From an uncultured Mailhella sp. (GTDB lineage: Bacteria > Desulfobacterota > Desulfovibrionia > Desulfovibrionales > Desulfovibrionaceae), in NCBI GenBank assembly GCA_910577155.1, contig CAJTMS010000005.1:848-64847 (forward strand): a stretch of DNA of 64,000 bases. The letters run 5' to 3'. The notes beneath the pieces were generated by a model. The model did not search any database, was not told where the DNA came from, and saw nothing but the letters and a program-made list of their open reading frames with translations. Every line of letters starts with the position of its first letter. Positions within the stretch are counted from its first letter, which is position 1. The position numbers were made by a program, and so were the translations under genes. Positions 47,237 to 57,357 of this stretch are shown here, piece by piece.

Positions 47237-48811
47237 TTATTCCAGAGCCGGTTTTGCGTGATTTTCTTTGATATTTCTAAAAAAATGTTCCAAAATACTG
47301 TTGGATACCAGCATGCCGTTGCGGGTAAAATAAACATAGCCGTTTTTTATCCGCATAAGATTATTTTTATCTAAAAGCTGCAATAGTTTGCTGTGTTCTT
47401 TAAGAAAATTTCCCTTGCTGAGTTCATTGTACTCGACAACATTTAACCCTTTAGCGGTGCGCAGGCGGAGCATAACCAGTTCACAAAGCTGTTCTGTTTT
47501 TGATAAATATTCAGTCGTATAACTCATTTTGCCCGTGTATGTTTTTCCTTGGATTTGTGCCGCAATATCGTTGGCAAAGCCCGAGGAAATATCAAGAGCC
47601 CAATCCTCCAGAACGGCACTGTGGGTTCGGCGGATATTGCCTACCGTGCTTGCGGCAGATGGTCCAATGCCGAGATAGTCATTACCCAGCCAATAGCCTA
47701 AATTATGCCGACATTGGTAGCCCATTTTTGCGTAATTGGAAATTTCATACTGCATGTAGCCTGCTTCTTCGAGCATGGCAGAGGCGGTTTTATACATTTG
47801 GGCTTGTTCCTGTTCACCGGCGAGTTTGAGTTTACCCTCTTTATCCAATAAATCAAAATAACTCCCTTCTTCAATGCTCAAGCTATAGGCGGAAATATGT
47901 TCGGGAGCAAGCTTTATGGCTTGTTTTAAATCATCGATCCATGTCCGCAGGCGCTGCTCGGGAATTGCCCAGATAAAATCCAAACTGATATTAGCAAAAC
48001 CGGCAGAACGCAGGGCATGATAGGCTTTTTGCGCGTCATGAGGGGAATGAGGACGCCCAAGTACTTGCAGGTATTTATTATTTAAGGATTGTACGCCAAG
48101 AGAAACACGGTTAAAACCCATTTTCCTATAGGCAACAGCCTTGACAGTTGACACGCTTTCAGGATTTGCCTCCAAAGAAATTTCACAATCCTCCAAGACA
48201 GAAAAATGCCCGATAATGTAAAATAAAATATCTTCCATATCTTTAATCGGGATATAGGAGGGCGTTCCGCCGCCAAAGAAAATACTGGTAACAGGTGTAT
48301 TTTTATAGTATTCGGCAAGTATGGAAAGTTCTTTTAATATGGTTGCTTTCCAAAGCTGAAATTCCGGACTTTGCTTGAGGGGATGTTCTTCCGAAAAATG
48401 AAAACAAAATTCTTTGGGAAGCTTCATGCGTTTGGCTTTTTTTATCTGCTTTTTTTGGGGTGAAAATTCACTGACACCCAATTTAGCCCGCAGAAGGTCT
48501 GCTTGTTCCTTGGATAAAAAAGCGTCTGCAAGGGTAAGCGTCTGCACCGAATTCGTATTCTCTTCCGTAAGGACAAACTGCGATGAGTGTTCCTGCTTTT
48601 TCCCTGTTAAAAAAGAAGAAAGGGACTGCACAGTTTGGGCATTTTGGGGGATAACTTCCTCTATTCCTTCATAAATATTGGTCGAGGTATCAATTTGTGT
48701 CAGTTTAGGGCGGAAATTCTCCAAAATATTTAATTGACTTGTCGGAAGGGAAAAAAATGCACAGTAATGACATTTTTTTACACAAAAGGGAACATGGATA
48801 TATAGCTGCAT
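47237..48811 (-). CDS. hemW: radical SAM heme chaperone HemW-like protein (HemN family), with a large insertion
   Basis: LYIHVPFCVKKCHYCAF (CxxxCxxC), FFGGGTPS, and C-terminal HemN_C-like region. The stop abuts the gluQ start. Confidence 0.8.
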   Translation of the reverse strand: MQLYIHVPFCVKKCHYCAFFSLPTSQLNILENFRPKLTQIDTSTNIYEGIEEVIPQNAQTVQSLSSFLTGKKQEHSSQFVLTEENTNSVQTLTLADAFLSKEQADLLRAKLGVSEFSPQKKQIKKAKRMKLPKEFCFHFSEEHPLKQSPEFQLWKATILKELSILAEYYKNTPVTSIFFGGGTPSYIPIKDMEDILFYIIGHFSVLEDCEISLEANPESVSTVKAVAYRKMGFNRVSLGVQSLNNKYLQVLGRPHSPHDAQKAYHALRSAGFANISLDFIWAIPEQRLRTWIDDLKQAIKLAPEHISAYSLSIEEGSYFDLLDKEGKLKLAGEQEQAQMYKTASAMLEEAGYMQYEISNYAKMGYQCRHNLGYWLGNDYLGIGPSAASTVGNIRRTHSAVLEDWALDISSGFANDIAAQIQGKTYTGKMSYTTEYLSKTEQLCELVMLRLRTAKGLNVVEYNELSKGNFLKEHSKLLQLLDKNNLMRIKNGYVYFTRNGMLVSNSILEHFFRNIKENHAKPALE

Positions 48812-48896
48812 ACTCTTTTCTCAAAGTGATTTAAAAAAATAAAAATAGATTTTAATGATAAAAGCAAGAAAAAAATTAAATTTTTTTAAAAAAATG

Positions 48897-48925
48897 TTGA
48901 CAGAACAATAAAAAATCGATAAATA
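48897..48925 (+). promoter_or_regulatory. possible sigma70-type promoter far upstream of rpsJ
   Basis: TTGACA (48897-48902), 17 nt, TAAATA (48920-48925). The -10 element is weak, and the promoter would give a leader of about 540 nt. Confidence 0.3.
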
Positions 48926-49371
48926 TTCAATTCACCTCTTCGTGAGGCAATCTCTGGGCAGCAGAGAAGGACAGGTTGAGCTTGTCCTACTGTGTTTTCA
49001 ACATATTGAAAACGTTTGACATTTACAGGCGTCACCATGCCGGTATTGTCAACCGTATAAACATAAAATGCCCGTGCATTTTGTGTTGAAAGGTTATCCA
49101 ACAAGCAAAAAGGCTTGTGCATGCGTGATCCCTGTGGGACCACCTATCTCTTTACGAATAATTCGTATCAGACAGGATTGGCAAACCCGGGTCGGCTTAC
49201 ATTTTTATGATACTTTTTCGTTACGAAACGGGTGAGGCTAGTTCTCTTTCTTGTAAAATCATAAAAAAGTCGCCCAATGTGACAGCATGAGGGTTTTTGT
49301 CGTTGTCTGGTAACAAGGTGTATGGAATGAGAAGTAAGCATTTCCTGAGTTCTTGTTTGCTTCTTTTTGAT

Positions 49372-49470
49372 GGTCAATGAAAATTGACCGACCGCCGGAA
49401 AATGGCGGTGGATACTCCGAAAGAAATTTTCAGTATCTTTCGGAGCGAATTGCCTAAAATGGAGATTCGC
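49372..49470 (+). promoter_or_regulatory. structured 5' leader immediately upstream of rpsJ
   Basis: Four consecutive hairpins: GGTCAAT/ATTGACC (49372-49389), ACCGCC/GGCGGT (49391-49409), CTCCGAAAGA/TCTTTCGGAG (49415-49445) and GCGAAT/ATTCGC (49445-49470). The third has an alternative GATACT/AGTATC pairing, and the fourth encloses the SD GGAG. Confidence 0.4.
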
Positions 49471-49471
49471 A

Positions 49472-49789
49472 ATGACAACAGTTGGCAGTGATCGTATCCG
49501 TATTAAGCTTAAGGCTTACGATTATCGCATCCTGGATAAGGCTGTAGCGGAAATCGTGGATACAGCGCGTAATACAGGCGCTGGGGTAGCAGGACCAATT
49601 CCTTTACCCACTAACGTACATAAATACACGGTTAACCGCTCTGTGCACGTTGATAAGAAATCACGTGAACAGTTTGAAATGAGAGTTCATAAACGTCTTA
49701 TGGATATCCTCGACCCCACGCAGCAGACCGTGGACGCTCTTGGTAAACTTTCTTTACCAGCTGGCGTGGATGTGGAAATTAAGCTCTAG
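49472..49789 (+). CDS. rpsJ: 30S ribosomal protein S10
   Basis: Canonical S10 sequence ([14 protein letters not shown]...). First gene of the S10 cluster. Confidence 0.97.
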   Translation: MTTVGSDRIRIKLKAYDYRILDKAVAEIVDTARNTGAGVAGPIPLPTNVHKYTVNRSVHVDKKSREQFEMRVHKRLMDILDPTQQTVDALGKLSLPAGVDVEIKL

Positions 49790-49800
49790 TGAGGGGCGTT

Positions 49801-50430
49801 ATGTCTGAGAAAATGGGAATATTAGGACGTAAATTGGGTATGACCCGTATCTTTGCTGGTGACGGTACCGCAGTACCTGTTACTGTAATTATGGCAGGTC
49901 CGTGCCCTATTACACAAGTAAAGACGGCGGAAAAAGATGGGTATCATGCTCTTCAAATCGCCTTCGAAGAAGCTAAGGAAAAGCATGTGTCTAAAGCCAT
50001 GCAAGGGCATTTTGCCAAAGCCAGCACAAAAAACTATCGCATTGTTCGTGAACTTCGTTTGAATGACGCAGCCACGCAGCAGGTTGGTGAAGTTCTCACC
50101 GTTGATATGTTTAGCGCCGGCGATAAAATCAAAGTAACAGGAACAAGTATTGGTAAAGGTTACCAAGGTGTAATGCGCCGCTGGAACTTTGCGGGTATTT
50201 CTGACGGACACGGTAACGAAAAAGTTCACCGTAACGCCGGTTCTATCGGTAACAATACTTTTCCAGGACACGTTTTCAAAGGAAGAAAAATGGCAGGTCA
50301 ATGGGGTAACGAACGTGTTACCGAACAAGGACTTACCATTGTGGAAGTTCGTCAGGATGATGGTGTTATCCTCGTAAAAGGCGCAGTTCCCGGTCCTAAA
50401 AACGGTCTCGTATTCGTACGTAAGCAGTAG
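49801..50430 (+). CDS. rplC: 50S ribosomal protein L3
   Basis: [14 protein letters not shown]... The ATG at 49801 follows GAGGGG. Confidence 0.96.
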   Translation: MSEKMGILGRKLGMTRIFAGDGTAVPVTVIMAGPCPITQVKTAEKDGYHALQIAFEEAKEKHVSKAMQGHFAKASTKNYRIVRELRLNDAATQQVGEVLTVDMFSAGDKIKVTGTSIGKGYQGVMRRWNFAGISDGHGNEKVHRNAGSIGNNTFPGHVFKGRKMAGQWGNERVTEQGLTIVEVRQDDGVILVKGAVPGPKNGLVFVRKQ

Positions 50431-50443
50431 TTAGGAGAAAATA

Positions 50444-51076
50444 ATGGCTACTTTAAAAGTTTACGATCAAATGAAACAAGAACAAGGTGAAATCACTCTT
50501 GCTCCTGAAGTATTTGAAGTAGAGGTACGCCCTGAGATTCTTAACTTGGTTGTTCGTGCTCATCGTGCTGCTTTACGTGCAGGTACTCATCAAGTTAAAA
50601 CTCGTGCGTTTGTAAGTGGTGGTGGTAAAAAACCTTTCAAACAAAAAGGCACAGGTAATGCCCGTCAGGGAAGCAATCGCTCACCTATTATGCGCGGCGG
50701 TGCAATTATCTTTGGACCACAACCTCGTGATTATAGTTTTAAAGTTAATAAAAAAGTGCGCACTTTGGCTTTGCGTATGGCTTTATCTTCCCGTGTTGTC
50801 GACAATGACGTCATGGTTGTTAAATCCATTGACCTGGCTGAAGCAAAAACCAAAAACTTTGCAAAAGTTGCAAAAGATCTTGGTTTGACAAAAGCACTTG
50901 TGGTTACCCCTGGTGATGATATGCTGAAAGATAATACTGTAGCGCTTGCTGCTCGTAATATCCCGGGCATTACGGTGGTAACACCAGAAAAGGTTAATGT
51001 TTATGAAGTGCTCAATCACAAGCAAGTTGTCCTCCTTGAAGGAAGCTTGTCACACCTTGAAGCACGTCTTAAATAG
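50444..51076 (+). CDS. rplD: 50S ribosomal protein L4
   Basis: Canonical L4 (KQKGTGNARQGS) in the conserved gene order. Confidence 0.96.
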   Translation: MATLKVYDQMKQEQGEITLAPEVFEVEVRPEILNLVVRAHRAALRAGTHQVKTRAFVSGGGKKPFKQKGTGNARQGSNRSPIMRGGAIIFGPQPRDYSFKVNKKVRTLALRMALSSRVVDNDVMVVKSIDLAEAKTKNFAKVAKDLGLTKALVVTPGDDMLKDNTVALAARNIPGITVVTPEKVNVYEVLNHKQVVLLEGSLSHLEARLK

Positions 51077-51089
51077 CCTTGAGTGAGGA

Positions 51090-51386
51090 ATGAAAATGGA
51101 TTATACCAAGATTCTTCTCCGCCCTGTGGTAACCGAAAAAGCATCCATGCTCCGCGAAGGTGCAGAGCAAATCGCTTTTTTTGTTGCTCCCAAGGCAAAT
51201 AAGATCGAAATCGGAAAAGCTGTTGAAGAAGCTTTTAAGGTTAAGGTCGTAAAAGTGAATGTGATTACGGTTAAATCACGTGCTCGCGTGCGTGCAGGCC
51301 GTGTAAAAGGACGTATTGCCGGTTATCGCAAAGCATACGTAACCCTTGCTAAAGGTGACAAAATCGAATTCTTCGAGGGAGTGTAA
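51090..51386 (+). CDS. rplW: 50S ribosomal protein L23
   Basis: Canonical L23 ([11 protein letters not shown]). Confidence 0.95.
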   Translation: MKMDYTKILLRPVVTEKASMLREGAEQIAFFVAPKANKIEIGKAVEEAFKVKVVKVNVITVKSRARVRAGRVKGRIAGYRKAYVTLAKGDKIEFFEGV

Positions 51387-51389
51387 GAC

Positions 51390-52220
51390 ATGGCAGTTCG
51401 TAAATTAAAACCTACTTCTGCTGGTCGTCGTTTCCAAACTGTTTCTGATTTTGCTGAAATTACCAGAAACACATCCGAAAAGTCGCTCACTGAAGGTTTG
51501 ACGAAAAAAAGCGGTCGTAATAATAACGGACGCGTAACAAGCCGCCGCCGTGGCGGAGGTCATAAACGCCTGTATCGTATTATCGACTTCAAACGTAATA
51601 AAATGGACATTCCAGCAACGGTTGCCCATATTGAATATGATCCGAACCGTACAGCACGTATTGCTCTTTTGCATTATGCTGACGGTGAAAAGCGTTACAT
51701 TTTAGCCCCAGTCGGCATTAAACAAGGTGATGCTGTTATTTCAGGCGAAAAAGCAGATATCAAACCGGGTAATGCTCTTCCGATGGCTCGTATTCCCGTA
51801 GGTACAAACCTGCATAATATCGAACTCAATCCGGGTCGCGGCGGTCAAATGTGCCGTGCTGCCGGAACCTATGCTCAATTAGTTGCCAAAGAAGGCAAAT
51901 ATGCAACCTTGCGTTTGCCTTCCGGTGAAGTACGTCGTGTACTTTTGACCTGTATTGCTACAATCGGTCAAGTCGGCAACGTACAGCATGAAAACATTAA
52001 CCTTGGCAAAGCCGGACGTAACCGTTGGTTATCCCGCCGTCCTAAGGTTCGTGGTGTTGCAATGAACCCTGTTGATCACCCGTTAGGTGGTGGTGAAGGT
52101 CGTAGTTCCGGTGGTCGTCACCCTGTAACTCCTTGGGGTATTCCAACCAAGGGGTACAAAACTCGTGATCCGAAGAAACCTTCAAACCGTCTTATTGTAA
52201 AACGCCGCGGTCAGAAGTAA
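51390..52220 (+). CDS. rplB: 50S ribosomal protein L2
   Basis: Canonical L2 ([23 protein letters not shown]). Confidence 0.97.
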   Translation: MAVRKLKPTSAGRRFQTVSDFAEITRNTSEKSLTEGLTKKSGRNNNGRVTSRRRGGGHKRLYRIIDFKRNKMDIPATVAHIEYDPNRTARIALLHYADGEKRYILAPVGIKQGDAVISGEKADIKPGNALPMARIPVGTNLHNIELNPGRGGQMCRAAGTYAQLVAKEGKYATLRLPSGEVRRVLLTCIATIGQVGNVQHENINLGKAGRNRWLSRRPKVRGVAMNPVDHPLGGGEGRSSGGRHPVTPWGIPTKGYKTRDPKKPSNRLIVKRRGQK

Positions 52221-52235
52221 GAGGAGCCGATCATT

Positions 52236-52517
52236 ATGCCTAGATCATTAAAAAAAGGGCCATTTGTTGACGGCCACCTCATGAAGAAAGTAGAAGCTTC
52301 AGCCGGAGCAGGCGACCATAAAGTTGTAAAAACATGGTCACGCCGTTCTACCATTCTTCCGGAAATGGTTGGCCTTACCTTTGCCGTACATAACGGTAAA
52401 AAATTCATTCCAGTTTTTGTTACAGAAAACATGGTAGGTCACAAGCTTGGTGAATTTGCTCCAACTCGTACTTATTATGGTCACGCTGCTGACAAAAAAA
52501 CAAAAGCAAAAAAATAG
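52236..52517 (+). CDS. rpsS: 30S ribosomal protein S19
   Basis: Canonical S19 ([11 protein letters not shown]). Confidence 0.97.
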   Translation: MPRSLKKGPFVDGHLMKKVEASAGAGDHKVVKTWSRRSTILPEMVGLTFAVHNGKKFIPVFVTENMVGHKLGEFAPTRTYYGHAADKKTKAKK

Positions 52518-52529
52518 CGGGTAACGTAC

Positions 52530-52865
52530 ATGGAATCTAAAGCAATTGCAAAATATCAACGCGTATCTCCTCGTAAGACCCGTCTCGTTGCTCAAAACGT
52601 AAAGGGCTTACCGGTTGAAGACGCATTGAATATGCTTAAATTCACGCCTAATAAACCAGCTGGTGTTTTATATGGTGTAGTTCGTTCAGCGTTGGCTAAT
52701 GCAAACCAATCCAATATCGACGTTGACTCAATGATTGTAAAAGACGTTATTGTCAACGAAGGTCCGACTTGGAAACGTTTTATGCCGCGCTCACAAGGTC
52801 GTGCAATGCATATTCGCAAACGCACAAGCCATATCACCGTAATTCTCGCGGAAGGACAGGAGTAA
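52530..52865 (+). CDS. rplV: 50S ribosomal protein L22
   Basis: Canonical L22. Confidence 0.96.
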   Translation: MESKAIAKYQRVSPRKTRLVAQNVKGLPVEDALNMLKFTPNKPAGVLYGVVRSALANANQSNIDVDSMIVKDVIVNEGPTWKRFMPRSQGRAMHIRKRTSHITVILAEGQE

Positions 52866-52869
52866 GGCT

Positions 52870-53511
52870 ATGGGTCAAAAAGTACATCCTTACGGCTTCC
52901 GGCTCGGATATAATAAAAACTGGCTTTCCCGCTGGTACAGTAAAAAAGATTATGCTTCCTTTGTTTTTGAAGACAATAAAATTCGCAAACATGTGAAGAA
53001 ACTTCTTTACCCAGCAGGAATTTCCAAAGTTGAGATCGAACGCTTCGGCGATAAAATCCGCCTTATTCTTTCAACCGCCCGTCCCGGTATCATTATCGGA
53101 CGTAAGGGTGCTGAAATTGAAAAACTCCGCGGAGATCTCAAGAAAAAATTCGGCCGTGAATTTGCACTTGAAGTTAATGAAATTCGTCGCCCCGAAATCG
53201 ATGCACAATTAGTAGCAGAAGCAATTGGCGCTCAATTGGAACGCCGTGTTGCTTTCAGACGTGCTATGAAACGTACTGTTGCTATGGCTCGCAAATTCGG
53301 AGCAGAAGGTATCAAAGTTACAGCCGGCGGACGTTTGGCAGGTGCTGAAATTGCACGTTCCGAATGGTATCGTGAAGGCAGAGTACCTTTGCAAACCCTT
53401 CGTGCAGACATTGATTACGGATTTTCCGAAGCTAGCACCACCTATGGTATCATCGGTATCAAAGTGTGGATCTACAAAGGTGAAATCCTTGATAAAGAGG
53501 TGGAACAATAA
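52870..53511 (+). CDS. rpsC: 30S ribosomal protein S3
   Basis: Canonical S3 ([13 protein letters not shown]). Confidence 0.97.
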   Translation: MGQKVHPYGFRLGYNKNWLSRWYSKKDYASFVFEDNKIRKHVKKLLYPAGISKVEIERFGDKIRLILSTARPGIIIGRKGAEIEKLRGDLKKKFGREFALEVNEIRRPEIDAQLVAEAIGAQLERRVAFRRAMKRTVAMARKFGAEGIKVTAGGRLAGAEIARSEWYREGRVPLQTLRADIDYGFSEASTTYGIIGIKVWIYKGEILDKEVEQ

Positions 53512-53927
53512 TGCTTGCGCCAAAAAGAATTAAATTCCGTAAATGGCAGAAAGGTCGTTTACGTGGTCCTGCTACTCGTGGTGCTACCGTAGCTTTCGGT
53601 GACATTGCATTGAAAGCGGTGGAACATGGCAAGCTTTCCAGCCAACAAATCGAAGCGGCTCGTATCGCAATGATGCGTCATATTCGCCGTGGCGGTCAAG
53701 TTTGGATTCGTGTGTTCCCCGATCATCCTGTCACTGCAAAGCCTCTTGAAACTCGTCAAGGCAGCGGTAAAGGTGCACCGGTTGGCTGGTGTGCTCCTGT
53801 AAAACCGGGTCGTGTCCTTTATGAAATCAAGGGAGTTGACCTTGAACTTGCAAAAACAGCATTGACGCGTGCTTCTCACAAGCTGCCGATCAAGACTGTT
53901 ATTGTAACAAGAGAAGGGGCTTTCTAA
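53511..53927 (+). CDS. rplP: 50S ribosomal protein L16
   Basis: Canonical L16. Has a TAATG overlap with rpsC. Confidence 0.97.
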   Translation: MLAPKRIKFRKWQKGRLRGPATRGATVAFGDIALKAVEHGKLSSQQIEAARIAMMRHIRRGGQVWIRVFPDHPVTAKPLETRQGSGKGAPVGWCAPVKPGRVLYEIKGVDLELAKTALTRASHKLPIKTVIVTREGAF

Positions 53928-53928
53928 T

Positions 53929-54123
53929 ATGAAAATGACTGAAATTCGTGAATTGAGCGAAAAAGATTTGAAAGATAAATTGACGTCACTTCGTCAGGAG
54001 CTTTTCAATCTTCGTTTTCAACATGCAACAGCACAGCTTGAAAAAACTGCCTCAATTCCTGCCACTAAAAAAGATATTGCCCGTGTTTTGACAGTGATGT
54101 CAGAAAAAGGCATTAAGGCATAG
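53929..54123 (+). CDS. rpmC: 50S ribosomal protein L29
   Basis: Canonical L29 (LRQELFNLRFQ). Confidence 0.95.
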   Translation: MKMTEIRELSEKDLKDKLTSLRQELFNLRFQHATAQLEKTASIPATKKDIARVLTVMSEKGIKA

Positions 54124-54131
54124 GAGCGTCT

Positions 54132-54398
54132 ATGAATAGCGCAATTGAACAGCGCAAGGGCAGAACGCTCGTAGGTATCGTTATAAGCGATAAGAGCGAC
54201 AAAACCATTGTTGTGCGTGTAGAAACGTTGGTAAAACATCCGCGTTTGGGAAAATATGTGCGTCGCCGTAAAAAATGTACTGCACATGACCCAATGAATG
54301 AATGTGGTATCGGCGATAAAGTTAAAATTGTTGAATACAGACCCATGAGCCGCAATAAACGCTGGCACTTAGTGTCTGTGCTTGAAAAAGCTATCTAG
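54132..54398 (+). CDS. rpsQ: 30S ribosomal protein S17
   Basis: Canonical S17 (GIVISDKSDKTIVV). Confidence 0.96.
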   Translation: MNSAIEQRKGRTLVGIVISDKSDKTIVVRVETLVKHPRLGKYVRRRKKCTAHDPMNECGIGDKVKIVEYRPMSRNKRWHLVSVLEKAI

Positions 54399-54479
54399 CC
54401 TAAAAAAATTTTTTTCACGCATATTTTTGCTTTTCTTTTTCGAAAAAGTAGCATAGTATGCGTGAAGAAAAATTTTAGG
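54399..54479 (+). promoter_or_regulatory. large interrupted hairpin at the S10/spc operon junction
   Basis: CCTAAAA...TTTTTTTCACGCATA (54399-54423) pairs with TATGCGTGAAGAAAAATTTTAGG (54457-54479). The 33-nt loop contains the palindrome CTTTTTCGAAAAAG. Confidence 0.45.
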
Positions 54480-54505
54480 ATTGATTTTTTTAAGAGGAAT
54501 AAGCC

Positions 54506-54874
54506 ATGATTCAAGTAGAATCTCGACTTCAAGTGGCGGACAATTCCGGTGCTAAAGAAGTGGCTTGTATTAAAGTTCTCGGTGGTTCCCACCGCCGCTA
54601 TGCTTCTGTTGGTGACATTATTATGGTGTCTGTAAAAGACGCAATGCCGCACGCAAAAGTGAAAAAAGGCGATGTAATGCAAGCCGTTATCGTTCGTACC
54701 GCAAAAGAAGTTCGCCGTACAGATGGTTCCTATATCAAATTCGACACCAACGCAGCCGTGCTTCTTTCTAAGCAAGGTGAACCAGTAGGTACACGTATTT
54801 TCGGACCGGTAGCACGTGAACTTCGTGCTATGAACTTTATGAAAATCGTGTCCCTTGCGCCTGAAGTGTTGTAG
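54506..54874 (+). CDS. rplN: 50S ribosomal protein L14
   Basis: Canonical L14 ([17 protein letters not shown]). Confidence 0.97.
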   Translation: MIQVESRLQVADNSGAKEVACIKVLGGSHRRYASVGDIIMVSVKDAMPHAKVKKGDVMQAVIVRTAKEVRRTDGSYIKFDTNAAVLLSKQGEPVGTRIFGPVARELRAMNFMKIVSLAPEVL

Positions 54875-54886
54875 GAGCATTGTGAT

Positions 54887-55210
54887 ATGAATAATTATCG
54901 TATTCGTAAAGGTGACGTAGTAAAAGTTATCGCAGGTAAAGACGCAGAAGTTGGCAAAGTAGGCAAGGTTTTAAAAATCTTGAAGAAATCCGACCGCGTC
55001 CTCGTTGAAAAAGTTAATATGGCTAAACGCAATGTAAAGCCTAATCCTTATAAACGTGAACCCGGCGGTATTGTTGACAAAGAAATGCCCATTCATGTTT
55101 CTAACGTAATGGTAGTATGCCAAAACTGCAATACTCCGACCCGCGTTGGATACAGAATGGAAAATGACAAAAAAGTTCGCTTCTGCAAGAAGTGCAACAA
55201 AACGCTTTAG
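54887..55210 (+). CDS. rplX: 50S ribosomal protein L24
   Basis: Canonical L24 with a KOW motif. Confidence 0.95.
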   Translation: MNNYRIRKGDVVKVIAGKDAEVGKVGKVLKILKKSDRVLVEKVNMAKRNVKPNPYKREPGGIVDKEMPIHVSNVMVVCQNCNTPTRVGYRMENDKKVRFCKKCNKTL

Positions 55211-55221
55211 AGGGTGCATTG

Positions 55222-55761
55222 ATGAGCCGTCTTGAAACTATTTACAGAGATAAAGTTGTTCCGGTATTGCAAAAGGAATTTAACTATAAATCCTCCATGC
55301 AGGTTCCTGGAATTGAGAAAATCTCTTTGAATATCGGACTTGGTACTGCTGCACAAAATAACAAAGTTATTGAAGAAGCAGTCCAAGAATTGACAGCTAT
55401 TGCAGGTCAAAAAGCAGTCGTAACCCGTGCTAAAAAGTCTATTGCGGCATTCAAACTCCGTGAAGGTATGCCGATCGGTGTTCGCGTAACGCTTCGCAAA
55501 GACCGTATGTGGGACTTTTTAGATAAGCTTATGAACTTTGCTTTGCCGCGTGTTCGTGACTTCCGCGGTATTCCTGACCGTGGATTTGACGGTCGCGGAA
55601 ACTTTACTCTTGGTATCAAAGAACATATGATTTTCCCGGAAATGGAATCTGATCGTATCGAAAACAGCAAAGGTCTTAATATTACTATTGTTACAACCGC
55701 AACCACGGACAAGGAAGGCAAGATGCTTCTCGATGAGCTTGGTATGCCTTTCCGTAAGTAA
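55222..55761 (+). CDS. rplE: 50S ribosomal protein L5
   Basis: [14 protein letters not shown]... I trimmed the start from the ORF-track value of 55192. Confidence 0.96.
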   Translation: MSRLETIYRDKVVPVLQKEFNYKSSMQVPGIEKISLNIGLGTAAQNNKVIEEAVQELTAIAGQKAVVTRAKKSIAAFKLREGMPIGVRVTLRKDRMWDFLDKLMNFALPRVRDFRGIPDRGFDGRGNFTLGIKEHMIFPEMESDRIENSKGLNITIVTTATTDKEGKMLLDELGMPFRK

Positions 55762-55772
55762 GGAGTTAGAGT

Positions 55773-55958
55773 ATGTCCCGTACTGCTCTTGAAGTAAAAG
55801 CTACTCGTAAACCAAAGTTCTCTACTCGTGGTTACAATCGTTGTCCAATTTGCGGTCGTCCACGAAGCTATATGCGCCATTTTGGTTTATGCCGTATTTG
55901 TTTTAGAAAAATGGCTCTCCAGGGAGAACTTCCCGGAGTTCGCAAATCAAGCTGGTAA
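55773..55958 (+). CDS. rpsN: 30S ribosomal protein S14, zinc-binding type Z
   Basis: 61 aa with CPICGRP...CRIC. Confidence 0.96.
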   Translation: MSRTALEVKATRKPKFSTRGYNRCPICGRPRSYMRHFGLCRICFRKMALQGELPGVRKSSW

Positions 55959-55985
55959 TCAGCTACAATAATTAGGAGAAATCCC

Positions 55986-56363
55986 ATGACCGATCCCATT
56001 GCCGATATGCTTACGCGTATCCGCAACGCACACATGGCCCTTCATAAGGAAGTAAGTGTGCCGCGCTCGAAGATGAAAGAAGCTTTAGCTGGAATCCTCA
56101 AGCAGGAAGGCTATGTGGAAGATGTTAAGGTCGAAGACCGCAGCATCACCATTGAGCTAAAGTATGTCAAAGGCCGCCCTGCGATCAATGGTTTACGCCG
56201 TATCAGTAAGCCCGGTCGCCGCATCTATGTAAACGCTCACCATATTCCCCGCGTACAAAACGGACTTGGTATTTGCATTTTGTCTACCTCTAAAGGTGTT
56301 CTTGACGGTGCAAGTGCTCTTGAACGCAACAGCGGTGGAGAACTTCTTTGTGAAGTTTGGTAA
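55986..56363 (+). CDS. rpsH: 30S ribosomal protein S8
   Basis: Canonical S8 ([15 protein letters not shown]). Confidence 0.97.
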   Translation: MTDPIADMLTRIRNAHMALHKEVSVPRSKMKEALAGILKQEGYVEDVKVEDRSITIELKYVKGRPAINGLRRISKPGRRIYVNAHHIPRVQNGLGICILSTSKGVLDGASALERNSGGELLCEVW

Positions 56364-56392
56364 GCCAACATACTTAGCAAGGTGGAAATACA

Positions 56393-56938
56393 ATGTCTAG
56401 AATAGGTAAATTGCCCATCACTCTCCCACAAGGCGTTGAAGTGAAATTGGGTCAAGATATAGTGGAAGTAAAAGGACCAAAAGGTTCTTTGACAACTCCG
56501 CTTTGTGACCTTTTGGAATACGAAGTATCTGACGGTAAAGTTACTCTTACCCGTAAAGATTTGGAAGACAGAACAACTGCTCAGCAGCACGGTCTTCGCC
56601 GTACCCTTTTAGCTAACTGCATTGAAGGTGTAACAAAAGGTTTTTCAAAAACCATGGAAGTAATCGGTGTTGGTTTCAAAGTTGCAGTAAAAGGCAATAT
56701 TGTTGAACTTGCACTTGGATTTTCTCATCCTGTTATCGTAGAACTTCCAAAAGGTATTGAAGCCAAAGCGGATGGAACAAAGCTCACCATTTCAGGTATC
56801 GACAAACAGTTGGTTGGTGAAATGTGTGCTAAAATTCGTCGTTTGCGTAAGCCTGAACCTTACAAAGGCAAAGGTATTAAATACGAAAATGAAATTATTC
56901 GCCGCAAAGCTGGTAAGTCCGGCGCTAAGGGCAAATAG
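56393..56938 (+). CDS. rplF: 50S ribosomal protein L6
   Basis: Canonical L6 (MSRIGKLPI). Confidence 0.97.
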   Translation: MSRIGKLPITLPQGVEVKLGQDIVEVKGPKGSLTTPLCDLLEYEVSDGKVTLTRKDLEDRTTAQQHGLRRTLLANCIEGVTKGFSKTMEVIGVGFKVAVKGNIVELALGFSHPVIVELPKGIEAKADGTKLTISGIDKQLVGEMCAKIRRLRKPEPYKGKGIKYENEIIRRKAGKSGAKGK

Positions 56939-56949
56939 GGGTTATAGAT

Positions 56950-57309
56950 ATGATGCTTTCTAAAAATGAAGTTCGCGTGAAGCGTAAAATTCGCATTCGC
57001 AAGCGACTCTCCGGCACATCTGAACGCCCTCGTTTAGTGGTGTTTCGCTCTAATTTGCATATTTATGCCCAAATTATTGATGATATGACTGGATCAACTT
57101 TAGCTCAGGCTTCTACTTTAACACTTTCCAAAAATGGTGAAAAAGTAGCCTGCAATAAAGCTGGAGCTGAAAAAGTTGGTAAAGAAGTCGCTCGTATTGC
57201 GAAAGATAAAAACATTACAAAAGTTGTTTTTGACCGCAATGGTTACCTCTATCACGGACGCATCAAAGCTGTTGCCGACGGTGCTCGTGAAGGTGGCTTA
57301 GAGTTCTAA
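56950..57309 (+). CDS. rplR: 50S ribosomal protein L18
   Basis: Canonical L18 ([16 protein letters not shown]). Confidence 0.96.
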   Translation: MMLSKNEVRVKRKIRIRKRLSGTSERPRLVVFRSNLHIYAQIIDDMTGSTLAQASTLTLSKNGEKVACNKAGAEKVGKEVARIAKDKNITKVVFDRNGYLYHGRIKAVADGAREGGLEF

Positions 57310-57357
57310 TGGACAGCCTTAAGGCTAAAATCTGACTATCATAGTACAGGAAAAAAC

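Noticed and set aside
49181-49200. GCAAACCCGGGTCGGCTTAC resembles the 3' P4 strand region of bacterial RNase P RNA (ACAGAACCCGGCTTA).
   Set aside because: I could not find the obligatory partner motif GGAAAGTCCGG or a P1-P4 architecture on either strand of 48812-49471. An isolated short resemblance is insufficient.
48886-49377. Minus-strand ORFs at 48886-49143 (85 aa) and 49168-49377 (69 aa) lie in the spacer upstream of rpsJ.
   Set aside because: Neither has an SD or family resemblance, their composition is atypical, and they run antisense to a hairpin-rich region. I considered them spurious.
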